From: Candidatus Poribacteria bacterium
GTDB lineage: Bacteria > Poribacteria > WGA-4E > WGA-3G
Reading direction: 5' to 3'
Length of the DNA: 64,000 bases
Assembly (NCBI GenBank): GCA_965197475.1
Contig: CBDANF010000003.1
Location: forward strand, 3,008,001 to 3,072,000
How positions within the stretch are numbered: the first letter of the stretch is position 1; the number at the start of each line of letters is the position of its first letter. The notes below the pieces were generated by a model. That model made no database searches, was not told the origin of the DNA, and saw only the letters and a list, made by a program, of their open reading frames with translations. Below, one piece after another: positions 1 to 8,702 of this stretch. The position numbers and the translations under genes are program-made.

Positions 1-267
1 GACAGCATCATAAAGTGACATCTGAATACCGAATCCGACACCATCATCGTTCATGCATGCGAACGGATTTTGCCCTACCATTCGCTCAATATTACCTGTT
101 TCATCATATAAATTTTCGCCATATCCTATAACACCATTGCTAAGTTCAACGCGGTAAATGTAAACTCGTTCGCCGTGTGTTGATGCTCGGTGCATGTGTT
201 GACTAACACGATCACAGTAGAACGGAACACTCAACGGGATTGTTTCAAGATGTTTGATACTAAGCAT
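1..267 (-). CDS. Mandelate racemase/enolase-superfamily protein, N-terminal part (runs off window edge)
   Basis: Manual translation MLSIKHLETIPLSVPF...VYIYRVELSNGVIGYGE...GIQMSLYDAV fits the MR/MLE N-terminal domain; AGGGAGG RBS upstream of ATG at 267. Confidence 0.6.
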   Translation of the reverse strand, partial: MLSIKHLETIPLSVPFYCDRVSQHMHRASTHGERVYIYRVELSNGVIGYGENLYDETGNIERMVGQNPFACMNDDGVGFGIQMSLYDAV

Positions 268-464
268 GTTGTGCCTCCCTATCTTTGGATTGTTCCGAAT
301 TGTAGCATATTCTCAAAAAATTATGAATTTTTATAATTATTTGAAGAAAACCGAAGAGAGTAACAACAAACAAGAAAGCTAATCAGCAGAGGCGGCTTCA
401 ATTTGTAGTGATACAGTACAAACGAAATTGCTCCGAACTTTGTCAGTAATATGTTCTATATCAG

Positions 465-494
465 TTGACACTCCTCCTGTTTTGTTGGTATAAT
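465..494 (+). promoter_or_regulatory. sigma70-type promoter
   Basis: TTGACA-18 nt-TATAAT with TGn extension, 65 bp upstream of the 560 ORF. Confidence 0.7.
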
Positions 495-559
495 ATCAAT
501 GATAATTCAAACATTGAAAACCACGACGTGTAATATTACTTGGAGGTTAGGAGTGGATT

Positions 560-1423
560 ATGTCAGAAATTAAACCCTTTACTGTCTCAAATGAGTTGTT
601 AGATCAACCTGAGAAACTTCGCGAGCAAGCACAGCAAGATGGTTATCTGTATTTTCGTGGATTAATTGATGAAGAATCTATCTACAACTTACGTCGAGAT
701 TTCTTGGAGATTTGCCATCGACACGGGTGGGCGAAAGGCGGAGAGACACTGATGGATGGAATCCGTACGGGTGGTCCTTTCATGGAAGGTGATGATGGAT
801 ATTGGCCAGTTTTAGACGAATTCCAATCTCTTGAGTCATTCCACGCTTTTGCACATCATCCCGCTATTTTAGATATGTGTGACAAATTGTTCGGAGAAAA
901 AACACTGGTGCATCCACGGAATATTGGAAGAATTATGTTCCCTGAAAACACGAAGTTTACAACACCCGCACACCAAGATTTTATCCATATTCGGGGCACT
1001 GAAGAGACATATACTGGTTGGATTCCGCTTGGGGAATGTCCGCAGCATTTAGGCGGGTTGTCTGTATTAGCTGGGTCGCATCGGTTTGGAATTTTTCCAG
1101 TGAAGCCAGCGTTAGGTGCGGGTGGACTCGGTATTGACACGAATCCATTAGAAGCTGACGGATTGCATTGGGTTGGTGGAGATTTTGAAATCGGTGATGC
1201 AATGTTCTTTCACAGTCATGCCGTTCACAAAGCACTTCCCAATCAGACACCTGATTGCATCCGACTATCAGTAGATTATCGCTATCAAGGTTGCTCCAAA
1301 CCTGTAACGGAAGGGTCACTTCTGCCACATTTCAATCGAATGAAGTGGGATGAGATTTATAGCGGCTGGGGATCTACAAAATATCAGTATTACTGGAACG
1401 CTTTTAATCTAAATCGGGTGTAG
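560..1423 (+). CDS. Phytanoyl-CoA dioxygenase (PhyH) family Fe(II)/2OG oxygenase
   Basis: DGYLYFRG N-terminus, HQD iron motif, WIPL...GGLSVLAGSH, distal H in HAVHKALPN, RLS. Confidence 0.88.
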   Translation: MSEIKPFTVSNELLDQPEKLREQAQQDGYLYFRGLIDEESIYNLRRDFLEICHRHGWAKGGETLMDGIRTGGPFMEGDDGYWPVLDEFQSLESFHAFAHHPAILDMCDKLFGEKTLVHPRNIGRIMFPENTKFTTPAHQDFIHIRGTEETYTGWIPLGECPQHLGGLSVLAGSHRFGIFPVKPALGAGGLGIDTNPLEADGLHWVGGDFEIGDAMFFHSHAVHKALPNQTPDCIRLSVDYRYQGCSKPVTEGSLLPHFNRMKWDEIYSGWGSTKYQYYWNAFNLNRV

Positions 1424-1428
1424 TCTTG

Positions 1429-2235
1429 ATGAAAAGCGGGTTAATATTCTTACTGTTGGCTACTTTCTGCATTACAACGAGTATGTTGTCACAAACCAAA
1501 AGAGCAACGGAACTCGCTGATATGGTATTGATTCCGGCAGGTGAATTTCAGATGGGAAGTGCAAACGGTGATCGTGACGAGAAACCTGTCCATACCGTTT
1601 ACGTTGATACTTTTTATATGGATACGCATGAGGTTACAGTTGGAGAATATAAGCAGTTCATCAATGCCACTGGACATCGCGCTTTGTCCGATTCGGTTTT
1701 TCGGTGTTCACCCACTGACCAGCACCCGGTTGTCGGTGTGAGTTGGCACGATTCGATGGCCTATGCGAAGTGGGTAGGAAAACGTTTACCGACTGAGGCA
1801 GAATGGGAAAAAGCAGCGAGAGGCGAATTAATTGGAAAGAAATACCCTTGGGGAAATTCTATTGATGCCAGCAAAGCAAATTATAACAAAGATACGAAAT
1901 CTGGCACGCATAGCGAGCAGACAACACCCGTAGGAAAGTATCCTGCAAACGCTTACGGTTTATATGATATGGTAGGCAATGTCTCTGAGTGGTGCCTTGA
2001 TGCGTATCAAAAGGATTTCTACGCTAAGTCTACTCGGCGCAACCCTATTGCTGGAGCAGAGGACATCAGTCAGATTGTTGATAACTTCAAAAATATAGAG
2101 ACACGGCGTGTTGTGCGTGGTGGTTCATGGAGTTTCAATGCAAAGAGTGTCCGCGTGGCAAACCGGCTCGGAGAGAAACCTTCGCTCTTGAGCAGTGATG
2201 TTGGGTTTAGATGCGTGCAAGTTATAAATCCTTAA
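1429..2235 (+). CDS. Formylglycine-generating-enzyme (FGE-sulfatase/SUMF1) domain protein, secreted
   Basis: Signal-peptide-like N-terminus; FQMGS, HEVTV, RLPTEAEWEKAARG, NAYGLYDMVGNVSEW, RGGSW, GFRC motifs. Confidence 0.9.
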   Translation: MKSGLIFLLLATFCITTSMLSQTKRATELADMVLIPAGEFQMGSANGDRDEKPVHTVYVDTFYMDTHEVTVGEYKQFINATGHRALSDSVFRCSPTDQHPVVGVSWHDSMAYAKWVGKRLPTEAEWEKAARGELIGKKYPWGNSIDASKANYNKDTKSGTHSEQTTPVGKYPANAYGLYDMVGNVSEWCLDAYQKDFYAKSTRRNPIAGAEDISQIVDNFKNIETRRVVRGGSWSFNAKSVRVANRLGEKPSLLSSDVGFRCVQVINP

Positions 2236-2330
2236 ACATAAAATAGAGTGTATTACTAATCGGGCTTACAAAGCCATTCCAAAAGAGCACTTCACGACAA
2301 TTGAATACCTCTGGGAAGGAATAGGAATCA

Positions 2331-3410
2331 TTGACTAAACTAAAATACTTGGCACTTATCGGATGCAGTTTTATCATCGTTTTGTCCGCATCCGCAGAAA
2401 ACTACACAGGTGATTTTCTGACGAACGGCATTGGCGCACGTGCTCTCGGACTTGGCGGCGCGTATGTCAGCATCGCAGACGATGCTACCGCTACGTACTG
2501 GAATCCCGCTGGAATAGCAGGCGTTTCGCACAATTATCAAGTTTGCATGATGCATGCCACGCGCCGCTCCGGTTTAGGGGCATTTAGTTACGTTAGTGGG
2601 ATAGGAAAAGTTTTACCACAACTCACTGTTGGTCTGTCCTGGATTCGGGCGGGTATTGACGATATTCCTATCTATTACGATGTGCCAGCGTTTGATCCCT
2701 CTATTAGTGCCGATCAACGCAAAAACAATCCAAAATACCGACCAAGGGAAGAAGACTTTACCCCCGCAGGTTATCTTAGTGATAATGAAAACGCTTTTGT
2801 CCTTTCACTTGCGACACGCGTTGCCATCAGTCAATCGTGGTGGGATAACTTCGGAAGAGATTCTGTTCCGCCAGAATTTCTGTTCGGTCTAAATGTGAAG
2901 GGGATCTTCCAGAACTTCAGCGGAGGCGATGATCTTGACGAGGTTACTTCTGTGTTCTCCAGTTACGGAAGCCGTGGATACGGTTTTGATGCGGGTATGC
3001 TAATCCGTCTCCCGGATATGAATGCTCTGTTCGGTCTGGAGAACGTAGGGGGATTTGCGTTCGGTGTCAATCTGCAAGACATATCTCAGACAAGCTTGAT
3101 CTGGAATACCGTGCCCTCTCTCAAAGAATCGATACCTGCAAATCTGAATTTAGGTTTAGCATACAACACCAAACTCCTTTTCCAGCGAGAATTAATTCTT
3201 GCTTTTCAATGGCAGGAGCGTTACGGTGGACAGACACATATCGGCATAGAATACAAAATAAATTCACCATTGGCATTACGAATCGGTTATCGCGATAGTC
3301 GATTGACAAGTGGTATCGGCATCCAACTCAAACAGTTCCGGCTTGATTACGCCCTTCTCGTTGGCGATCTCATAAACACACATTTTTTGAGCGTCTTGTG
3401 GGCTTTTTAA
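2331..3410 (+). CDS. PorV/PorQ-like (UPF0164/FadL-type) outer-membrane beta-barrel protein
   Basis: Signal peptide; GIGARALGLGGAYVSIADDATATYWNPAG motif; amphipathic strands with terminal aromatic F. Confidence 0.75.
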   Translation: MTKLKYLALIGCSFIIVLSASAENYTGDFLTNGIGARALGLGGAYVSIADDATATYWNPAGIAGVSHNYQVCMMHATRRSGLGAFSYVSGIGKVLPQLTVGLSWIRAGIDDIPIYYDVPAFDPSISADQRKNNPKYRPREEDFTPAGYLSDNENAFVLSLATRVAISQSWWDNFGRDSVPPEFLFGLNVKGIFQNFSGGDDLDEVTSVFSSYGSRGYGFDAGMLIRLPDMNALFGLENVGGFAFGVNLQDISQTSLIWNTVPSLKESIPANLNLGLAYNTKLLFQRELILAFQWQERYGGQTHIGIEYKINSPLALRIGYRDSRLTSGIGIQLKQFRLDYALLVGDLINTHFLSVLWAF

Positions 3411-3456
3411 ATCCAAATTTCCATCTATAGTACGGTGTATCCACCTTGCCACCTTA

Positions 3457-4704
3457 TCAATCCTCTGAATTCGGTTTGGACAAATCCGGTTGATTGCGTA
3501 GGAAAATCAGAAGCGGTGCAACCAGCAGGGGAACCATCACTAACCCATCAAGCACAATAGGCAAGCCAAATTTATCACCCAAAGCACCAACAACCAAATT
3601 CAGTAGACCACCGACACCCCACGATGCCCCCATCATAAAACTTGATGCGATATTCTCATGCCCGCGCAGCATCATCTGTGCTAAGATAATATTAATTGTT
3701 ACTGAACTTGTGAGTACCATGTTACCTAAAAAGAGTAGCACGAGGAAAGTTACACCGCTGGTGTGAAGTGAGGCATAGAACAGTGGGGGTGCAACGACAA
3801 GTGACAAAAGCAGCAATACAAGTGTATTTACCCGACTTAGAAACCAACCGCTTCCCATGATACCCATCGAACCAGCGAAGATATAGAGTCCAATAACTAA
3901 TGAACGCTTCTGGTCAGAATATTTCAGGTCGTCAAGGTAAATAGAGAGAAAATTTTCTAATCCGGCAATTGTAACGGTTCGGAGCGATGCAATAACAAAT
4001 AGCGCGAGAAGTGGTAGAAGATAAGGATCAGCAACACGCCAAAAATCTTGACGTTCTGTTTTTCCTGCGTGTGATAGCACACGAGCAGACGCGGTTAGGT
4101 CAAGTTCATGCTCAAATTTCAGCACTATCGGCACCAGCAACGCTACAAGCAATCCAGGTATCATCTCCCATACCAAGTGTCCGTATCCCAAACGATATGG
4201 AATGTATAGAAGTGCAAGCGGTCCTAACGCGCGACCGATATTGCCACCCGTAAGAAAAATGGAAATCCCCATCCCTCTCGTTTCTGCGGCGAGCGCACCC
4301 GCATAAGTAGTCGCTTGTGGATGAAAAGCAGCAACACCTATTCCACCGACAGCTAATAACACAAATACGAGAGGCACTGAAGGTGCAATCCCTACCAAAC
4401 TTAAACCGATTGCTGTGAGAGCCACTCCAAACGTTATAAAATGTATTGTCCGCGCTTGATCCGAGAGCCACCCGAAGAGAATCTGTCCAAGAGAACTAAA
4501 GATGCTATACAGTGAAATTAGAATGCCCGCAAAACTATTTCGCGCACTTATTGAAGCAAACCTGTTCAATAGAAATGGCTGCAGATGTGGAAAAAGGGTT
4601 GCGTAAGAGTCAAGGACGGTATGTATGAAGGTGAGAAAGAAGAATTGTAGGAGATAAGGTTGTTTTTGCGTAGGTGAGTTATCTGGTTTTTGATTGTTTT
4701 CCAT
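3457..4704 (-). CDS. MFS transporter (Fsr-like)
   Basis: About 12 hydrophobic segments; GWLSD motif A; AAFHPQA and GGNIGRALGP motifs. Confidence 0.85.
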   Translation of the reverse strand: MENNQKPDNSPTQKQPYLLQFFFLTFIHTVLDSYATLFPHLQPFLLNRFASISARNSFAGILISLYSIFSSLGQILFGWLSDQARTIHFITFGVALTAIGLSLVGIAPSVPLVFVLLAVGGIGVAAFHPQATTYAGALAAETRGMGISIFLTGGNIGRALGPLALLYIPYRLGYGHLVWEMIPGLLVALLVPIVLKFEHELDLTASARVLSHAGKTERQDFWRVADPYLLPLLALFVIASLRTVTIAGLENFLSIYLDDLKYSDQKRSLVIGLYIFAGSMGIMGSGWFLSRVNTLVLLLLSLVVAPPLFYASLHTSGVTFLVLLFLGNMVLTSSVTINIILAQMMLRGHENIASSFMMGASWGVGGLLNLVVGALGDKFGLPIVLDGLVMVPLLVAPLLIFLRNQPDLSKPNSED

Positions 4705-4755
4705 TAGGTAGAATCGACACCGTGTTTCATATTTTTAGCGATTATAGCACAATCC

Positions 4756-6477
4756 CTATTTAACATCTTTTGTTTTTTTCAATTTCCGTCTTGCCCGCCA
4801 ATACACAAACTGCCGATAATGATACCCTATATTTTTCGGAATCTTCTCAAACTCTGGTACGAATTGGCAAGTCCCGCCGAGGACGATCAGTTCAGTCTTT
4901 GCACGCGTCATTGCCACATAGAAAACGCGGCGTTCTTCTGCAAGGATGGTATCACGCCGAGGAAACCTCCGATCCAAAGTATTGTGGATAAGGATGACCT
5001 TTTCCCATTCTCGTCCCTTCGCTTTATGTATTGTCGTCACCTCAATCAGAAAAGATGGAGACGCACCCGATAATATCTCTTGAATCCTGTCAACTTCATA
5101 GTTTGTCCTGACAAGGATTGCGGTCTCAATAGGTTCGGATAATTGTTCCAACAGATGTTTTGTTATCGTCTCAAGTGTTGTCTCAATGTTTTTAATTTCG
5201 CATTTCATCGGATTATAAGCGCGTAGGTTTTTCCGAATTCGGGGAGTATTCCGTTCAATCAAGGCTCTGGCATGCTCCACAATTGTTGATGTGGAACGAT
5301 AATTACGCGTAATTTCATATTTTGCAACATCTGATCGGTCAGAGAATTTTAGCATAATATGAGAATCACCCCCGCGAAAACTATAAATCGCTTGGTCATC
5401 ATCTCCGACAGCGAACAAGTTTTCGGACAACTGGGAAATCAGTCGAAAGTCGGTTGGGGCAATATCTTGAAATTCATCAACAAGTAGATATGGGTATCTG
5501 TCTCGGTAGGTTTGGCGGACATCAGAATGGGTCTCAAACAGATTTGCGGCGTAGATAATCATATCCTCAAAATCGATAGCATTTGCTGCGGATTTGAGGC
5601 TTTCATATTTCTTTGCAAATTCACGTGCAACAGGATTTTGTAACGTATTTGGATCAAATAGTCCGATTTCTACCTGCCGTTTTGCTCGCATCACAATCTC
5701 TTTTATATCATTGAAACGTTCACGGAGATTGTCAAAATCGGGGTTTCTATGCAGATGATCAGTGTATTGAATGTCGAAATGCTGGCAAAACATTTCAAGC
5801 ATAAGTTGATTGCTATACTGTTCTCGCATCGGGTCTGCACGGTTGAATACACTTGCTCTGTTTCTATAAAACCTTATCCAGTATGCCTCGCGTAGATTCG
5901 CTTCTCTTCCTTCAACCTGTTCCAACACCTCAAAAGTGAACTGCGTTTCGTCTTCAGCTCGAATGGCTTGACGGAGTCGATCATTTGATGAGTGTTCAAA
6001 ATGTTCACGCCTCCGTCGTTCAGGATTAGTTGACTGTCCTATGTAACACTTACCTGTTATTTTGTTCTCGATTTTATAGATAGAGACTGTGGTTGTTGAC
6101 GATATCTGATCAATTTGTCTCTTTTCTTGGGCAATGATTTGATCGATTTCACCTGACCAAATTTCAGGGTAATGTTTAAATCCTGCACGTTTATAATTTT
6201 TGGTGATTATATCTTTGCCGAAAGCGTGGAGAGTGCGGATCACAGGCAACTCATTTTTTGACGGTAGTTTCCGCATAATCCGATTTTCCATCTCTTCGAC
6301 CGCTTTTTTATTAAACGCTATGGCGAGGATATTTGAGGCAGGGATATTGTGTGTCTGAATTAGGTTCAGAATGCGTGCGGTAACGACAGTGGTTTTGCCA
6401 CTGCCAGGTCCAGCAACAACGATGGCAGGACCTTTTACATGGTTGATGGCTTTCTGCTGATTTTTATCGAGATCCAT
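4756..6477 (-). CDS. UvrD/Rep-family SF1 helicase with an inserted GIY-YIG endonuclease domain
   Basis: AGPGSGKT, LVDEFQD, VGDDDQAIYSFRG, NYRS, TIHKAKGREW, EERRVFYVAMTRAK; internal SIYKIENKITGKCYIGQS...R..EH...E..WI...FN. Confidence 0.85.
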   Translation of the reverse strand: MDLDKNQQKAINHVKGPAIVVAGPGSGKTTVVTARILNLIQTHNIPASNILAIAFNKKAVEEMENRIMRKLPSKNELPVIRTLHAFGKDIITKNYKRAGFKHYPEIWSGEIDQIIAQEKRQIDQISSTTTVSIYKIENKITGKCYIGQSTNPERRRREHFEHSSNDRLRQAIRAEDETQFTFEVLEQVEGREANLREAYWIRFYRNRASVFNRADPMREQYSNQLMLEMFCQHFDIQYTDHLHRNPDFDNLRERFNDIKEIVMRAKRQVEIGLFDPNTLQNPVAREFAKKYESLKSAANAIDFEDMIIYAANLFETHSDVRQTYRDRYPYLLVDEFQDIAPTDFRLISQLSENLFAVGDDDQAIYSFRGGDSHIMLKFSDRSDVAKYEITRNYRSTSTIVEHARALIERNTPRIRKNLRAYNPMKCEIKNIETTLETITKHLLEQLSEPIETAILVRTNYEVDRIQEILSGASPSFLIEVTTIHKAKGREWEKVILIHNTLDRRFPRRDTILAEERRVFYVAMTRAKTELIVLGGTCQFVPEFEKIPKNIGYHYRQFVYWRARRKLKKTKDVK

Positions 6478-6573
6478 ATTTTGTGTTGCAGGTTAAGTGC
6501 AAAACCCCCGGTAGTACGGAGGCTTCAAATTGCGAATATTTTAGAGGTAAAAGTTCATATAACATCCTATATG

Positions 6574-6937
6574 TTATAATATTTGCAAAAGGACTCCGAT
6601 TTTTTCTAAAACCTCGTCAATAGTTTCATCCGGTATTTCACAAAGAAATTCTGCATTTCTTGCCTGCCAATCAAGACTCTTAATTTGATCTATTTGAATA
6701 ACACCACTCACCTGCAAGCCTTCAGGAATATTCACTGTAAAAGGAGTTTCTTTAACATTTCGAGTAATTAGACAAGAATAGCCAAACTTCTTTTTCATTG
6801 TTAAACTGCCATGGAGATATGACAACAGCCGGACAGCGTTTTGTAATCTCATTTCCAACTTGCGGATCAAAGTCAATCTGCACCACATCGCCGCAAGCGG
6901 GAACATATTGAAAGGTTCCCTGAACAGATTTTACCAT
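6574..6937 (-). pseudogene. mazF: MazF/PemK endoribonuclease toxin, split by a frameshift near 6770-6795
   Basis: N-half (YVPACGDVVQIDFDPQVGNEITKRCPAVVISP) and C-half (ITRNVKETPFTV...GVIQIDQIKSLDWQAR) lie in different frames. Confidence 0.8.
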
Positions 6938-7305
6938 ATTTCATTGCCCGTCGGACCACCTGTGTCCCATTCACCATTTTCATCATCTTCAGTCTCTTGT
7001 GCAAGCATATCTGCCAAAGTATACTTAGGAGGGTTTAGAGGACAGCGAATTCTCTCAGGACGATGAGGCTTGGAAGGTCGAACTTTTAAATTTTCATCAT
7101 GCAAATCGTCATTTGACTCTTGTCCGATCAAATCTTCCAATGTATACTGAGGATTTTTCGCCCGATTACGCACCGGTTCCGGACGATGCGGCTTTTCATG
7201 TTTCACTTTTGAAACTTGTTTACCGTTCATGGTCTGAAGATAGTTCAAATATGCAAAGATTACAACACATTCTTGTGAAGACATATTTTCTAATGACATT
7301 ACCAA
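6931..7305 (-). CDS. MazE-like antitoxin with duplicated C-terminal motif
   Basis: YTLxD(L/M) motif twice and terminal EWDTGGPTGNEIW resemble the MazE C-terminus; overlaps the mazF start; GGAGG RBS. Confidence 0.65.
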   Translation of the reverse strand: MVMSLENMSSQECVVIFAYLNYLQTMNGKQVSKVKHEKPHRPEPVRNRAKNPQYTLEDLIGQESNDDLHDENLKVRPSKPHRPERIRCPLNPPKYTLADMLAQETEDDENGEWDTGGPTGNEIW

Positions 7306-7322
7306 TTCCTCCGTTATTTTAA

Positions 7323-7352
7323 ATTATACCACATAATATGTGTCAGTATCAA
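7323..7352 (-). promoter_or_regulatory. sigma70 promoter of the mazEF-like operon with a palindromic operator candidate
   Basis: Minus strand TTGATA-18 nt-TATAAT; inverted repeat CACATA-A-TATGTG (7330-7342) in the spacer. Confidence 0.55.
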
Positions 7353-7416
7353 ACTTTTTCATCATCAGAAAATAACACTATAAATTGACCAAAATTGGGT
7401 ATGCTAATTTTAAATT

Positions 7417-7851
7417 TCACTTTGGGATGCGCCTGACCCACAGTAGCAATGCTACATTCATGCCTCCTACGAAACCAAAAACGTAAGATTGAATTCCTGC
7501 TAATTTTGCGGTCGATTCAATTAAGATTATTCCTGCAATTGGTAAGCCGAGGGCAATACAGGTAAAATATGTTAAGCTTTTCGCACCTTTTGCTTGCCAG
7601 AAGGTAATCTCGCGCTTCAAAACCTGTAGATAGGACTTTTCCCACAGTCGTGATGTCCACTTTCCCTGCATAAAACCGAGTACAATTCCGAAGGCATATC
7701 CAAAACTTGACCAATGCAAGTCAATCCGCGGATCGTTAGATATTGCTGCAATCCACAGCACCTCACCGAGCAATGTAACTACAATAAATGCCCAAAATAT
7801 AGGTGTTTTCATATAGAAAGGGAGTAACCGTCGCGATAATTTATTCCGCAT
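7417..7851 (-). CDS. Hypothetical membrane protein (about 4 TM)
   Basis: Hydrophobic segments; ATG overlaps the purQ stop (TGATG). Confidence 0.7.
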   Translation of the reverse strand: MRNKLSRRLLPFYMKTPIFWAFIVVTLLGEVLWIAAISNDPRIDLHWSSFGYAFGIVLGFMQGKWTSRLWEKSYLQVLKREITFWQAKGAKSLTYFTCIALGLPIAGIILIESTAKLAGIQSYVFGFVGGMNVALLLWVRRIPK

Positions 7852-8660
7852 CAAAAGTTCGCTTTCGCATAATCAACAGCATTTTTGAAAATCGCGAGAC
7901 CATCACCTTCATCCGGAAGATCCTCTCGTGTCCAACGCGGATGGTTGTATTTAGTTAGGAACCTTTCAGGATGGGGCATCAAACCGAAAATTCTACCTGT
8001 AACATCACAGATTCCGGCAATATCCGCATCCGAACCGTTCGGGTTGTACGGGTACGCAGTTCTATCTGAAGATGGTTTTGAACTACTGCCATATCGGAAC
8101 ACAATCTGCTGGTTTGATTCTAATTCTTCCAAAACATCGGGTGGTGCAGTAAATCTGCCTTCCGCATGTGCTACTGGAAGATAGAGATGTGTTTTTATTC
8201 CTTTTGTGAATACACACGGACTCTGTTGTGTGTCCAATTCGATCCAACGGCATTCAAATTTTGCTGATGTGTTCATAGCCAAAGTAGCACGCTGCGTGAT
8301 CGCCGTGTTATCGTCTGAACTACCGTCATCTACTCCCGGCAGTAAACCTGTCCGAACAAGCACCTGAAACCCGTTGCATATCCCAATTATCGGTTTTTTA
8401 TCAGCGACAAACTGATTGAGAACCTTTCTCAGTTTATGTTTCATCTCTACCGCAAGCAGAATACCTGCGGCAATATCATCACCGTAAGAGAATCCACCTG
8501 GAATCGCAAGAATTTGATAATCGGATAAATTTACCTTATCAGCGATGAGGTGTTGAATGTGGACTAATGCGGTTTCCGCACCAGCGAGTTGAAAAGCCGC
8601 ATCTGTTTCAGCATCGCAGTTCGTTCCCGCTGTGCGTAAGATAAGTGCCTTAGGTTTCAC
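7851..8660 (-). CDS. purQ: Phosphoribosylformylglycinamidine synthase I (glutaminase subunit)
   Basis: GTNCD, PGGFSYGD, GICNGFQ, AHAEGRF, NPNGS, GLMPHPER. Confidence 0.95.
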   Translation of the reverse strand: MKPKALILRTAGTNCDAETDAAFQLAGAETALVHIQHLIADKVNLSDYQILAIPGGFSYGDDIAAGILLAVEMKHKLRKVLNQFVADKKPIIGICNGFQVLVRTGLLPGVDDGSSDDNTAITQRATLAMNTSAKFECRWIELDTQQSPCVFTKGIKTHLYLPVAHAEGRFTAPPDVLEELESNQQIVFRYGSSSKPSSDRTAYPYNPNGSDADIAGICDVTGRIFGLMPHPERFLTKYNHPRWTREDLPDEGDGLAIFKNAVDYAKANF

Positions 8661-8702
8661 ACTTTTCTCCTTGATTAATAAAACACATGTCTTGCTTTAA
8701 AG

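Noticed and set aside
1429-2235. FGE-domain protein as a DGR target
   Set aside because: No second copy of its 3' region and no RT seen
5840-6090. GIY-YIG insert as an intein or group I intron
   Set aside because: No intein splice motifs (N-terminal C/S block, C-terminal HN-C/S/T) evident; the ORF is continuous and the insert is short
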